In this document: one piece after another, positions 42,915-52,630 of the stretch
Layout of the letters: the number at the start of each line of letters is the position of its first letter
How positions within the stretch are numbered: the stretch's first letter is position 1
Virus record (IMG/VR): IMGVR_UViG_3300022879_000001
Strand: one strand, 5' to 3'
DNA from: an uncultured virus (IMG/VR IMGVR_UViG_3300022879_000001)
Taxonomy: Duplodnaviria > Heunggongvirae > Uroviricota > Caudoviricetes
DNA: 64,000 nucleotides
The notes under the pieces: model-generated
What the model was told of the DNA's origin: nothing
Database searches by the model: none
What the model saw: the letters and a program-made list of their open reading frames with translations, nothing else
Position numbers and translations under genes: made by a program

Positions 42915-43320
42915 AATATTCAATGTTTATAAGGGAATTGAGCAGCATGGATGTAGTAGGTAGTAAATAGTCGTACAAGTTTAGTCGTCAATATCCAATG
43001 TTTATAAGGTTTTTAGAGGTGAAAATAGGGTGATATTTGGTCAAAAAGTGTTATTTGTTACTAATTTACTATACAACAATATTCAATGTTTATAAGGATA
43101 TTTGATGAAATTTACGATTACGTTTACGAGTAATGGAAAAAGTGCGAAATAGGTAGGTAGTACTAATTTTAGGTATAATGGATTATAAATAGAGTAGGGA
43201 GAGGAGAGCAAGTTGAAAATTATATCATAGTGTGGAAATAGATGTGGTAGCACTGGATATTGAATTGTCAGACTATTTCAAGATGTAAACATACCGGGGG
43301 TATATCCAGTGTCTATAAGG
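42915..43320 (+). repeat. dispersed 20-bp direct repeats WATATYCARTGTYTATAAGG
   Basis: Copies at 42915, 42990, 43078 and 43301; partial copy near 42827. Confidence 0.85.
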
Positions 43321-43593
43321 ATATAATGTATATTATTTTACCTAAAACTTACAATATATTCCACCTATAATTATCACTCATGCAGCTAAGATCAACTTAC
43401 AAATACGAACAAATGTTTTAATGTATAAGTGTAATTTTACACTACTGTTTACTTTTTATGCTATTTATTAAATTATACGCTTTAATAGAAATATTAATAT
43501 AATTGCGATATTCGTCCTATAACATATACCGAAAAGCCGAAGACTTATAATTGTACTATTGAATTGGTTGCACTATATTTATCATATTATAAC

Positions 43594-43634
43594 TGTGGAT
43601 AATGTTAATAACTTGTGTATAACTTTGTTAATAA
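43594..43634 (-). promoter_or_regulatory. cluster of DnaA-box-like 9-mers
   Basis: TGTGGATAA (43594), TGTTAATAA (43603), TGTGTATAA (43614), TGTTAATAA (43626); two match TTATNCACA exactly. Confidence 0.6.
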
Positions 43635-43987
43635 GTTTATCAGTATTTACACTTGTACTGTTTAACTCAATCTCATACATCTACATAAATATAGAACATT
43701 GATCTTACACAAAAAAGGTAATAGCAAGAATATTTCATCTCACTACTACCAAACTTAACTTTACACTATTATGTATTTATTTAATTAATTAGCGTACGAT
43801 CCTACATCTAATTTCTGCTTACTGAATGTTAATAATACTTTTCCTTCTTCTAACTTCATTTCTTACCACTATTTATTCTAATACTGTCAAATGTTCTTCC
43901 TTCATATTTAAAGTCAATAGGGAAGTAATCAGATACTAATTCAACTTTAGTCATAGTATTATCTCCTTTATATATTTATTTGTTTTA

Positions 43988-44590
43988 TCATGACACCATC
44001 CTTTCTTTAAATTCTTCATATCCTACTTTATTAATTATTGACTCAATTCTTTCATACGCTTCTTGTCGTGAAGTGTGATTACTGGATATGCATTTTCCAT
44101 TTGACTCTAATGTCACTGACCACGATTTATTTTGACTTCTGTGAATGATAATAGAAATATCTTTGATATATACACGATAACGGTTATCATATTTCTGTTT
44201 AGTATTGTTTCCTAGTAAAATAAAGTATGATGTTTTTTCGAATGAAGGTTTAACTTTTACTTCATTATTATTACTTGGATATTTCACCTTGATATCTAAC
44301 TCAGTGAATGAAGACTCTTCTTTATTTATTTTATTAAATGGTGTATTATCACAATCATACTTAGATGATCCAATTTGATTTCCTGTAACGTAATGATATT
44401 TAACTCCTTTGAATAAAGTGTTTACATGTTCTAATTCTACAGTAACCTCTTCAATTTCATATACAATATATTCTTGAATATTATTTTCAATGATTAATGA
44501 TTCCAATTTATCAGCATCTAAATAGTCAATCATTGCCCATCCTTTACCTAATTCTCTTACTTCTAATTTAATAGTTGTTATTGTTTTCAT
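43988..44590 (-). CDS. hypothetical protein
   Basis: 200 aa; GGAGG RBS; promoter at ~44698-44726. Confidence 0.7.
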   Translation of the reverse strand: MKTITTIKLEVRELGKGWAMIDYLDADKLESLIIENNIQEYIVYEIEEVTVELEHVNTLFKGVKYHYVTGNQIGSSKYDCDNTPFNKINKEESSFTELDIKVKYPSNNNEVKVKPSFEKTSYFILLGNNTKQKYDNRYRVYIKDISIIIHRSQNKSWSVTLESNGKCISSNHTSRQEAYERIESIINKVGYEEFKERMVS

Positions 44591-44991
44591 AATAATCCAT
44601 CCTCCAATGTTAGAAGTAGGTGAGGTGTTTCTTGTTCATTTCCTCACAGTCAATTAAATGACTAAGCTACTTCATATCCTTATTTAAGTTATACCTAATT
44701 ATACCATGCGATAAAACTAATTAAAACTATTTTTATGTATTTTATTTTTTTAATTTTATATAAGATAAACGTCTGCATTTTTGCGATCTTTGCAAAAAGC
44801 TAAGCGGTCAAGCAACAATGGTTTTTATTGTTGTGCGACAGTATGTTTTGATCTTATATAGTATGGATAAAGGTTTGTCCGTTTAAAACTCCTAAGTAAG
44901 ATTAAAACTTGGCTATAATATCCTCCATTATATATTAGTATTAAATAGGGATATTATAGCCAAAATATTTATTATGTATTTACCTTTATAA

Positions 44992-46194
44992 TTACATCAA
45001 CTCTGGTAATTCTAAAGTAATCTCTTCAACTTGCTTTGGTTGTACATTAAACATTGAATGGGCTAGTTGTGGTGTTAGGTTGTTGTCAATTAAGAATGTA
45101 TTAAGCAACTCATAGCTATTAACATATGACGTACTTGATCTACTAACTATTTTATCGTTAACATCTTTGTCCTTGTTCAGATATTCAATAAGAATCTTGC
45201 TGGCATCATTAGAACGATTCCTTGCGTTATCCATTATACGTTTCCTTACTTCATAGTTTACTTTGTTATGTATTAATTGCTTTTCAATATCATTCAATAA
45301 GTCTATACGTTCATCTTCTAAATGATCGTTATTAAATATAAGATGATGTGACTTGAAGCTTCTAAGAATATTCTGTTCCTTTAATAATCTGTCATTTACT
45401 ATCTTATTAAATTTAAATGTTAATCCTTCTTTATACAATACGTTATATTTATCATCCTTATTAAATCCTAGCTGCAACATAGTTTCACGTTGTATACGTA
45501 ATATGTTTCTTAATTCATCTGTAGTAGCTTCTCTATATGTTTCCTTAGTTTGTATAGGTGCAGGCTTATATGTAGTACGTTCAATTCCATTATGATCTAT
45601 GTTACTGTTTATGTATAACTTTATATTTCCATATTCATTGTAATTAGTAGAAGCTAACTCAACAACTTTAATCATGATAACTTCTTTATGAAATAGTAAC
45701 TTTTTCTTTTCCAGTCTGTTCATAATAGTTTTTAAATTACCAACTAATGAACTGTTAACATTGTTGTAATAATCATTAACATGTTCTAAATCAATATTTA
45801 AACCATTCGCTAAGAGTGGACGATTATAGCCATAATACTTACTGTAGTTATGATTGACAAGTTTTAATGCTTGCATTAATGCATTGTTAGGTAACATCAA
45901 TTCACCATCACCACATAACATTAGATCTATAAGTAGTAGTTCAGCATCTTTTATGTATGGTGCAGTATTTCCATTTAATAAGCGATTATCTTTCTTTTCT
46001 TTAGGTTCTTCATATATTTCCTTAATGATAAAATTGCGTCCTTGTTTATCATAATCAACATATCTCTCTAGTTCTTTTAATTGTGACGTTTTAGCTGATC
46101 CTGACTTTACTTTTTCACCAAGTGCAAAGCATAACTCTTTATAATTCTTGAATACATCTCCGACTTGTAAACTTTCTAATTTAATATTAATCAT
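44992..46194 (-). CDS. hypothetical DNA-binding protein (replication-initiator-like)
   Basis: N-terminal FKNYKELCFALGEKVKSGSAKTSQLKEL HTH-like segment; followed by a 15-bp inverted repeat. Confidence 0.55.
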   Translation of the reverse strand: MINIKLESLQVGDVFKNYKELCFALGEKVKSGSAKTSQLKELERYVDYDKQGRNFIIKEIYEEPKEKKDNRLLNGNTAPYIKDAELLLIDLMLCGDGELMLPNNALMQALKLVNHNYSKYYGYNRPLLANGLNIDLEHVNDYYNNVNSSLVGNLKTIMNRLEKKKLLFHKEVIMIKVVELASTNYNEYGNIKLYINSNIDHNGIERTTYKPAPIQTKETYREATTDELRNILRIQRETMLQLGFNKDDKYNVLYKEGLTFKFNKIVNDRLLKEQNILRSFKSHHLIFNNDHLEDERIDLLNDIEKQLIHNKVNYEVRKRIMDNARNRSNDASKILIEYLNKDKDVNDKIVSRSSTSYVNSYELLNTFLIDNNLTPQLAHSMFNVQPKQVEEITLELPELM

Positions 46195-46236
46195 TCCTAT
46201 CCTTATGTATTTTTTTAAATATTTTATTCATATAAA

Positions 46237-46503
46237 CTAGTCTTTCCTATAATAAGTATCAGTTATTGATTTATACCTTTCATAAGGGTTTGTTTTCTCA
46301 CATATACAATAGAACTTACCTTTATTATGTGAGTATCTGAATCCAATATCTCTTAATATTTTATACTCTTCATTTTCACTATACCTACCGTCAGTACTAT
46401 TCAGCCATATCCAATCATTATTACTGTTAACGTTAAATCCATGCTTTTTACATAAGTTAATGATGACTCCTAATTTCAACTTCAATACCTTCATCCTTTT
46501 CAA
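46237..46503 (-). CDS. hypothetical protein
   Basis: 88-aa ORF in the early cluster. Confidence 0.5.
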   Translation of the reverse strand: MKRMKVLKLKLGVIINLCKKHGFNVNSNNDWIWLNSTDGRYSENEEYKILRDIGFRYSHNKGKFYCICEKTNPYERYKSITDTYYRKD

Positions 46504-46666
46504 TTTTAATTTACAAGCAGAGTATGGAAGTGGTACAACTACACAATGTATCAGCTCTAATCATATTCAAGCTATATCCAACCCTTTCTTATGTATTTAT
46601 TTATATTATACCGCAATTAAAATAAAGGCGACAGTAACGCAAAAAGAAACCACTGTTTAGGTGGTT

Positions 46667-46972
46667 TTAAAATTCAATTCCTTCTACAATCTTAAAAGTT
46701 GCATTTTCTTCACTATGAAATGATTCGATAATCTTATCTACGATAGAATCGATTGTTTTTAAATTTAAATCATTCCAGTTAACTAAATTTACAATACCTG
46801 CATAGTTACCATATAAATAAATGTGATTATCCACTATCCATTGTTGCTTTATGAAGTTGTAGCATTCGAAGTCTTCACTTGGATTAGATACTTTAATAGT
46901 AATTTCTTCAATTTTTACACCTTCACCATATAAGCGATTTTTTAAAGTTTCGTGTAATTGTTCTTTATTCAT
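46667..46972 (-). CDS. hypothetical protein
   Basis: GGAGG RBS; terminator hairpin downstream. Confidence 0.65.
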   Translation of the reverse strand: MNKEQLHETLKNRLYGEGVKIEEITIKVSNPSEDFECYNFIKQQWIVDNHIYLYGNYAGIVNLVNWNDLNLKTIDSIVDKIIESFHSEENATFKIVEGIEF

Positions 46973-47016
46973 TTTTATTCCTCCAATTAGTTTATATTGT
47001 TTAATCTTACCAAAGA

Positions 47017-47427
47017 CTAATTTACTTTACCAACAAATAAAGCAGGGTCAATTTTAACTTCTGTATTATTGATAGGATTAATACCTATTATTTTATTTCT
47101 GCTAATTCCTTTAAACTTGAATAGCAGTGCATATGATTTACGTTGTTCTAAGATGTAGAAGAATTCACCTTCCTTTAAAGTCTTCCATTCTTCATTTTTA
47201 ATTTCTTCAACTTTTTCAGTAGCCTTTTCTACTAATTTCGAGAACATTCCAACCGGTACATTGTATTGCTTATCATTCATAGAGCCGATAAAATTCTTTT
47301 GCTTTAGACGAACAAATTTCATTATGTCACCATTCACTAACTCGATTTTATCACCTTCAGATAAAGTTTTTAATTCTTTAATTTTACCTTCTACAATCCA
47401 AGATAAGCTAATTGTTTGAGTTGTCAT
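47017..47427 (-). CDS. hypothetical protein with two SH3-like repeats
   Basis: LKTLSEGDKI and WKTLKEGEFF duplicated halves; promoter TTGTAC-N17-TATACT at 47507-47535. Confidence 0.65.
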   Translation of the reverse strand: MTTQTISLSWIVEGKIKELKTLSEGDKIELVNGDIMKFVRLKQKNFIGSMNDKQYNVPVGMFSKLVEKATEKVEEIKNEEWKTLKEGEFFYILEQRKSYALLFKFKGISRNKIIGINPINNTEVKIDPALFVGKVN

Positions 47428-47629
47428 TTTATTTTTCTCCTTTTGGTTTGATGCCTTGTTGCATCTACAACCTTGAATGTTTTATGTAACTTTCTAACTT
47501 AAATATAGTATACCATAGATTTTTAATTTGTACAACTATACTTATGTATTTTATTAAATAAAAAGTTAAAGTAAAAAAAAGAGTAACCAAAATATAAATT
47601 GGCTACTCCAAGTATCCAAGCTTTCATCT

Positions 47630-47815
47630 TTAACTTTCCCTCGATCTGATCACAGCAATTACAATTCTAACTATAAATACAATCACAAGTATTCCGTACA
47701 ATCCAATAATAACCCAATCAAATACATTCAAATTGTTGAAATCAATCCATTGATACATCAAGAACGGCAAGAACAATATAAAGAATAAATTTAGATAACC
47801 GATTTTCTTTAGCAT
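47630..47815 (-). CDS. small two-TM membrane protein, YoyJ-like
   Basis: 61 aa, very hydrophobic; directly downstream of the YonT-like ORF. Confidence 0.6.
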   Translation of the reverse strand: MLKKIGYLNLFFILFLPFLMYQWIDFNNLNVFDWVIIGLYGILVIVFIVRIVIAVIRSRES

Positions 47816-47844
47816 ATTTTAAGTGAGTATGGTAATATTATTAT

Positions 47845-47932
47845 CAATAGGGAAGGGGAATAAATCCCCTCCGACTACTTGCGACTTTTCTTCTTTGACT
47901 TTTGGTAGGGCTTAGAAGAAGGTCGCTTTTTG
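47845..47932 (+). ncRNA. candidate cis-antisense antitoxin RNA (SR6-like); ends approximate
   Basis: Extended -10 TGGTAATAT at 47830-47838; hairpin GCGAC...GTCGC followed by TTTTT; antisense to the 3' end of the toxin ORF. Confidence 0.5.
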
Positions 47933-48030
47933 CTTGTCCTCATATCGTGTATGTCTTTTAAGGAAGAAGTAATTCCTTTAAAGATTGCAACGACTGAGCC
48001 TGTTATCATGATAATGTGCTCAATATCCAT
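47875..48030 (-). CDS. 51-aa type I toxin, YonT-like (missed by the ORF track)
   Basis: MDIEHIIMITGSVVAIFKGITSSLKDIHDMRTSKKRPSSKPYQKSKKKSRK: hydrophobic N-terminus, K/R-rich tail; strong SD; promoter with TGGTATAAT. Confidence 0.65.
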   Translation of the reverse strand: MDIEHIIMITGSVVAIFKGITSSLKDIHDMRTSKKRPSSKPYQKSKKKSRK

Positions 48031-48243
48031 ACTACACTGTGTCATCTCCTTTCCTTTAATATAATTCTATTATACCATTTTATACATAAATTACAATACT
48101 TTTATGTATTTTATTATTTAATTTTTAGATAAAAAGCATATATTATAAAAACTTTAAAATATACAGGACAGTACAAAAGGTGACTATATAGGTTGTTATA
48201 CTGTCTTAATACTTTAAAGTTTAAATTACTATTTTGGATCATC

Positions 48244-48534
48244 TCAGTGGTTAATATTTTGTTGATAATACAAGTAAATGAGGTAACCAATATTTTTCTT
48301 AATTGAGTATTTCATGCAAAGTTTATCTATCGTGTTAAAATATTTATTATACAAATATTCATTCTCGTCTTCATACGCAACTCTAACAGTTTCAACAAAG
48401 AATTCTTCATTTTCATTTGTAGCAGCATCTAAAATTTTGGAAATAGTATCCTTCATTATTTCAATGCGTTTCCCACTTTCTTCTACACTTAAAACTGCAT
48501 TCATAAAAGTTATAAATTCAGTTTTATTATCCAT
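48244..48534 (-). CDS. hypothetical protein
   Basis: GAGGTG RBS, 96 aa. Confidence 0.6.
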   Translation of the reverse strand: MDNKTEFITFMNAVLSVEESGKRIEIMKDTISKILDAATNENEEFFVETVRVAYEDENEYLYNKYFNTIDKLCMKYSIKKNIGYLIYLYYQQNINH

Positions 48535-48543
48535 TATGACACC

Positions 48544-48984
48544 TCACTTATCTAGCTTTTGTAGGATAACCGTTTCATTTTTTAAATAGAATATTTCTCT
48601 AAGCAATGCTTGCTTGATAAATTGTGATACGTTAGGTGAGTGATGGTTATTTAAGTCTAATGAATACGCAACATCATCAAATCTAATTAAATGATCATAA
48701 ACTTTAGATACATTAACTACAAATTCTTTATAGTTACGTACATAAGTCAAAACAGTATTGTAAGTCCAATCCTCATCATAATATACTGTAAAGCTAGACT
48801 GTAGCGAATATTCTTCAAATTTACCAGTATAAGTTACTGAAATTGCATCATCTGATATTTGCAAATCTACGAAATAGTTATCATTTGATAAAGACACTAA
48901 CAACATGATATCAATATCTTCAACTGTCATACCAAGTAAATTAGCTTCTTTTCCTACAAATTCTTTCAATGTTGAAAATTCCAT
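48544..48984 (-). CDS. hypothetical protein
   Basis: GGGAGG RBS; promoter TTGTAA-N17-TACAAT at ~49135-49163. Confidence 0.65.
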   Translation of the reverse strand: MEFSTLKEFVGKEANLLGMTVEDIDIMLLVSLSNDNYFVDLQISDDAISVTYTGKFEEYSLQSSFTVYYDEDWTYNTVLTYVRNYKEFVVNVSKVYDHLIRFDDVAYSLDLNNHHSPNVSQFIKQALLREIFYLKNETVILQKLDK

Positions 48985-49491
48985 TTTTAAATCCTCCCAA
49001 AATTTAGTATCCTTATGTATTAATCATAACTTAAAACCTAATCTAAATAAATAACTGTATCTAATTTACTTACTTAGATTAACCTTCAAGTAGTCAACTT
49101 AATGACTTGTTTATATTTCCTTGTCTTTATACTTATTGTACACTATTTCGTATATGGTTACAACTATTTTTATGTATTTATTTAATTAATTTTACTGATT
49201 ACAAATATGAGCATAAAAATTGCTATAGCGTTGACAGATAGAGCGACTTTATAAAACGATACTTTATCTTCTTGATCATCTTCTGGTGTCCAAAAATAAT
49301 TGTCAATTGCAGCTATACATTTTTGCATCAAGATACAATTCACCTCACTTTATAAGTAGGGGGAGATGCTCATAAATTAGATATTGATTATGATTCAGTA
49401 AGTGTTCAATCAATAAAAGAAATAAACGATTAAATTTCAATGATATAACCACAATAAGGAGTGACCAAAAATGAAAAGATATCTATCTTTA

Positions 49492-49749
49492 TTATTGAAT
49501 TACAGAAGCGTATAATAATCCTTCAAATTTAGCGAAACCGTTTATCATTGTATTATTTTTATTTTCTTCAGAAAGTTCTTTGATAGCGTTAATTTCATAA
49601 GTAATGTCATCTTTCTTAATCCAATCACCATCTTTTAAAGTAGTCATTTTTGGATCAATTTGTCTAATATCAATTTCTTCTTCATACCATGTTTTTCCTT
49701 TGTTTTGACTAACCATTAATTTTTCAATTTGCGTTTTTCTCATTTTCAA
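49492..49749 (-). CDS. hypothetical protein
   Basis: GGAGG RBS. Confidence 0.6.
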   Translation of the reverse strand: MKMRKTQIEKLMVSQNKGKTWYEEEIDIRQIDPKMTTLKDGDWIKKDDITYEINAIKELSEENKNNTMINGFAKFEGLLYASVIQ

Positions 49750-49782
49750 TTCCTCCGATTTTTTATAAAATACTGTTTTTAC

Positions 49783-49932
49783 TTAATCGTTCATTTCACG
49801 GCAATACTCAAATGCTTCTGATTTATTTCTAAATGCTCCATGTAGTATTTCTTCTTGGTGGTCTCGTACTTCCCACATTTCTGATTGATTGTCATAAGTC
49901 ACATAAAAAGTCATTTCTGATAATAAACGCAT
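49783..49932 (-). CDS. 49-aa hypothetical protein (missed by the track)
   Basis: MRLLSEMTFYVTYDNQSEMWEVRDHQEEILHGAFRNKSEAFEYCREMND; GGAGG RBS. Confidence 0.6.
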   Translation of the reverse strand: MRLLSEMTFYVTYDNQSEMWEVRDHQEEILHGAFRNKSEAFEYCREMND

Positions 49933-49971
49933 TTTCTTTTCCTCCAATTTTAAATGATATAGTATTTTTAA

Positions 49972-50454
49972 TTAAACTGTAGCACTAATTTTACGTTCTG
50001 CTATTGATACGATGCATTTAATATTATTGATAGTAAGGTTCCAGTTATGAGCTAGCAGCTTGTTTCGCTTGTCTGTTAACTTACCCTGAAGCTTTGTCAT
50101 TGCATCTGATAATAATTGCTTAACATTACTTAATTGCTGTGTAGCTTGCTGATAGTCTTCTTTAGCTGTGGTTACAGCATTGGAAGCTAATTCTTTGAAG
50201 TATGTAACAAGTTGTACTGTAGTTGAATTTTCAATTTCTAATTCTTCATTTTGTGTATTTTGTTCTTTTACTTCTAATTTAACTAATTCAGTATAGTGAT
50301 CTGTTAACATTACAATGATTTCATCTTTACGCATTTTACGCTTTTTACGCTTTTCTTCACGGTTATACCATGCTAAACCTTCTTTAGTTGCCTCAGTTTG
50401 TAATTCCTTAGCTTTCATAGTAGATAATGCACTGATTTTGTTTTGTAGTTTCAT
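49972..50454 (-). CDS. hypothetical protein with Rho-N/SAP-like N-terminus (start MKLQNK)
   Basis: AAAGGAG RBS before the ATG at 50454; LSTMKAKELQTEATKEGL...MRKDEII; promoter TTGACG...TAATAT. Confidence 0.6.
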   Translation of the reverse strand: MKLQNKISALSTMKAKELQTEATKEGLAWYNREEKRKKRKMRKDEIIVMLTDHYTELVKLEVKEQNTQNEELEIENSTTVQLVTYFKELASNAVTTAKEDYQQATQQLSNVKQLLSDAMTKLQGKLTDKRNKLLAHNWNLTINNIKCIVSIAERKISATV

Positions 50455-51239
50455 TTTTATTTCTCTCCTTTGAGTGATTATGTATTTTTTAACTGTCTTC
50501 ATATTATCATGTAAAGATTATATCCGTCAATATATTTTATGTATTTTGTTATTTAATTTTTATTATTTAATCTGAATCGTTGATATTACTAGGATTATTG
50601 AGATTGTGAGAGAAATAGATTTGAGTTTCTTCCTATTAAATGAATAAAACAAAAACAATATCTAGACAATAAGTGGTCAAATATTAATGAGATCATATTC
50701 AAACCTACAGAGTACAGTTCCAGAAGCTAATAAAGTTTTTTACAAAAAGATTATGTTATTGCTGGATCATTGTCAATTAACGTTAATTGAAAGGTGGTAG
50801 AGGAGTTAGGCAGCAACATCTAGTTTAATCTATTATAAATTCGAATGAATGTATGGATCAATAAGAAGAAAGCCATTAATTCCACACTATTTAAGCTATT
50901 TCACATAAATAAATACATAATAATACCTTAAAAGTTAAAAATATGAATTATTTTAAAAAAACACTTGTATCTTACTGATAAGATATATATAATTTACTTA
51001 TAGCTTACTTATAAGATAAATGGATAGAAAACGTGAAAAGTAGTTGATACTAAGAATGATTAATTAGTGATTAATCGAATAAAACAATTAAAAATTACAT
51101 ATTAACCATTAATTAGAAATTTATTTAATTCTAAATATGAAAAATAATCCAATTTCGTGGTTATACAAGTTAAGTCGTTGTGATATAATGAAGACAACAA
51201 CTATAAAATAATAAAATAAATAAAAGGGAGAATGAGAAC

Positions 51240-51569
51240 ATGATGATTCAATTAAAATTAGTTGTTAATAATGCTGTGGGGTATAATGCTGAGATCCAAT
51301 ACAATAAATATGAGGTTTATAACACTTTATTGCAGATGAATGAATCAGTAAGAGAAGAGTGTATCAATAACATTAATGCAGAATATGGTTTTGAATTAGT
51401 TGATAAATATGATTTAGCTCGATATGAAATTTCAGTTAATAACTCTAATGAAGAATTGGAAATGCATACTTTATTTACTCCAACCTTCACTAAAGATGAA
51501 ACTGATCACTATAAGGAACAAATGAAGGAGCTGCAAAAGGGTTATATGAAGTTGTTAGCTAATCAATAA
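51240..51569 (+). CDS. hypothetical protein, first gene of the rightward array
   Basis: AAAGGGAG RBS; extended -10 TGATATAAT at 51181. Confidence 0.65.
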   Translation: MMIQLKLVVNNAVGYNAEIQYNKYEVYNTLLQMNESVREECINNINAEYGFELVDKYDLARYEISVNNSNEELEMHTLFTPTFTKDETDHYKEQMKELQKGYMKLLANQ

Positions 51570-52345
51570 TAAAAGTTACATAATAATATGTATATAAACA
51601 GGCTTATTTTTTAACCGTTAAATAAACATATACATAACATTTTATAGTAAATGGTATTTGATATCACAAAGAGTGAAAACTCTACTCTATGTTTATGGAA
51701 ACAATTGATAATGCTGCTTACTGTATGTATTTATGTAATATATCAATATTATTAGAAGTCACTTGTGAAAAAGAGTAATTATAATAGAAGTGTTAGCATA
51801 TAAAATATGAAGAAACTAGAACCTTATGAACATATTTCAAAACTATAGAATTAAAAAATCAATTCGTAGAATTTTTGAATGCGAAAATAGAGATAGATAG
51901 AAATCTTGATTTATTAATTGTGTGATTTTGAAATATTAATACAAGAATAATTTTAAGTAGTGAAAGTAGTGATCAACATCATCTTATTGATTGGTTAACT
52001 TTATTCTCCAGTACAATGCAATGGGAATCAGACAAGATAACTACTAATTACAAAGAGTTTGCAGGATCATGGGGGATTAAGAAGGTAAATGTATTAGGAC
52101 GTTTAGAATCGATTACAAAGCATTTAGATGAATACTACGATCAAAAGGTAAAGATTGAAGTGTAAAGAAAATTAAATAACAAAATACACAAAATTGATTG
52201 ACTTGTGTTTTGCAAATATGGTAATCTTAGGTTAAGAAAATGGTGTCTTCGACTAACTAGAAATGCTCATTATAATTTGTAGTTGGAAGTTGTATACCAT
52301 TTCAGCATCAAGTAAAATTAAGACAGTGATCAGGAGGAATTATAG

Positions 52346-52582
52346 ATGGATAAGAAAGATATGTTATTAATGAAACTGGAATCAGAAAGAGATTATTCAA
52401 AACGTCAGGTACTGCAATCGATCAATACTTTGAAAAATATCTTGAATAGTCTTGAGAAGAATATCGATGAAGATAGTATCAAAGCTGATGAAGGTATGCA
52501 AGGTAATGAATGGCGTTTATATAAAGAATTATCTAATTTAGAGCGTTTGAATTCATTTATCAAAGAAGTGAAGAAATTTTAA
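52346..52582 (+). CDS. hypothetical protein
   Basis: AGGAGG RBS; promoter TTGACT...TGGTAATCT at ~52198. Confidence 0.65.
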   Translation: MDKKDMLLMKLESERDYSKRQVLQSINTLKNILNSLEKNIDEDSIKADEGMQGNEWRLYKELSNLERLNSFIKEVKKF

Positions 52583-52630
52583 GTTATTCTGTAAAAGTTA
52601 ATACTAGCTAAAAATAGGAGGAATTGAATA

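Noticed and set aside
42915..43320. CRISPR array
   Set aside because: Repeats are only 20 bp, irregularly spaced (75, 88, 223 bp) and degenerate; no cas genes in the window
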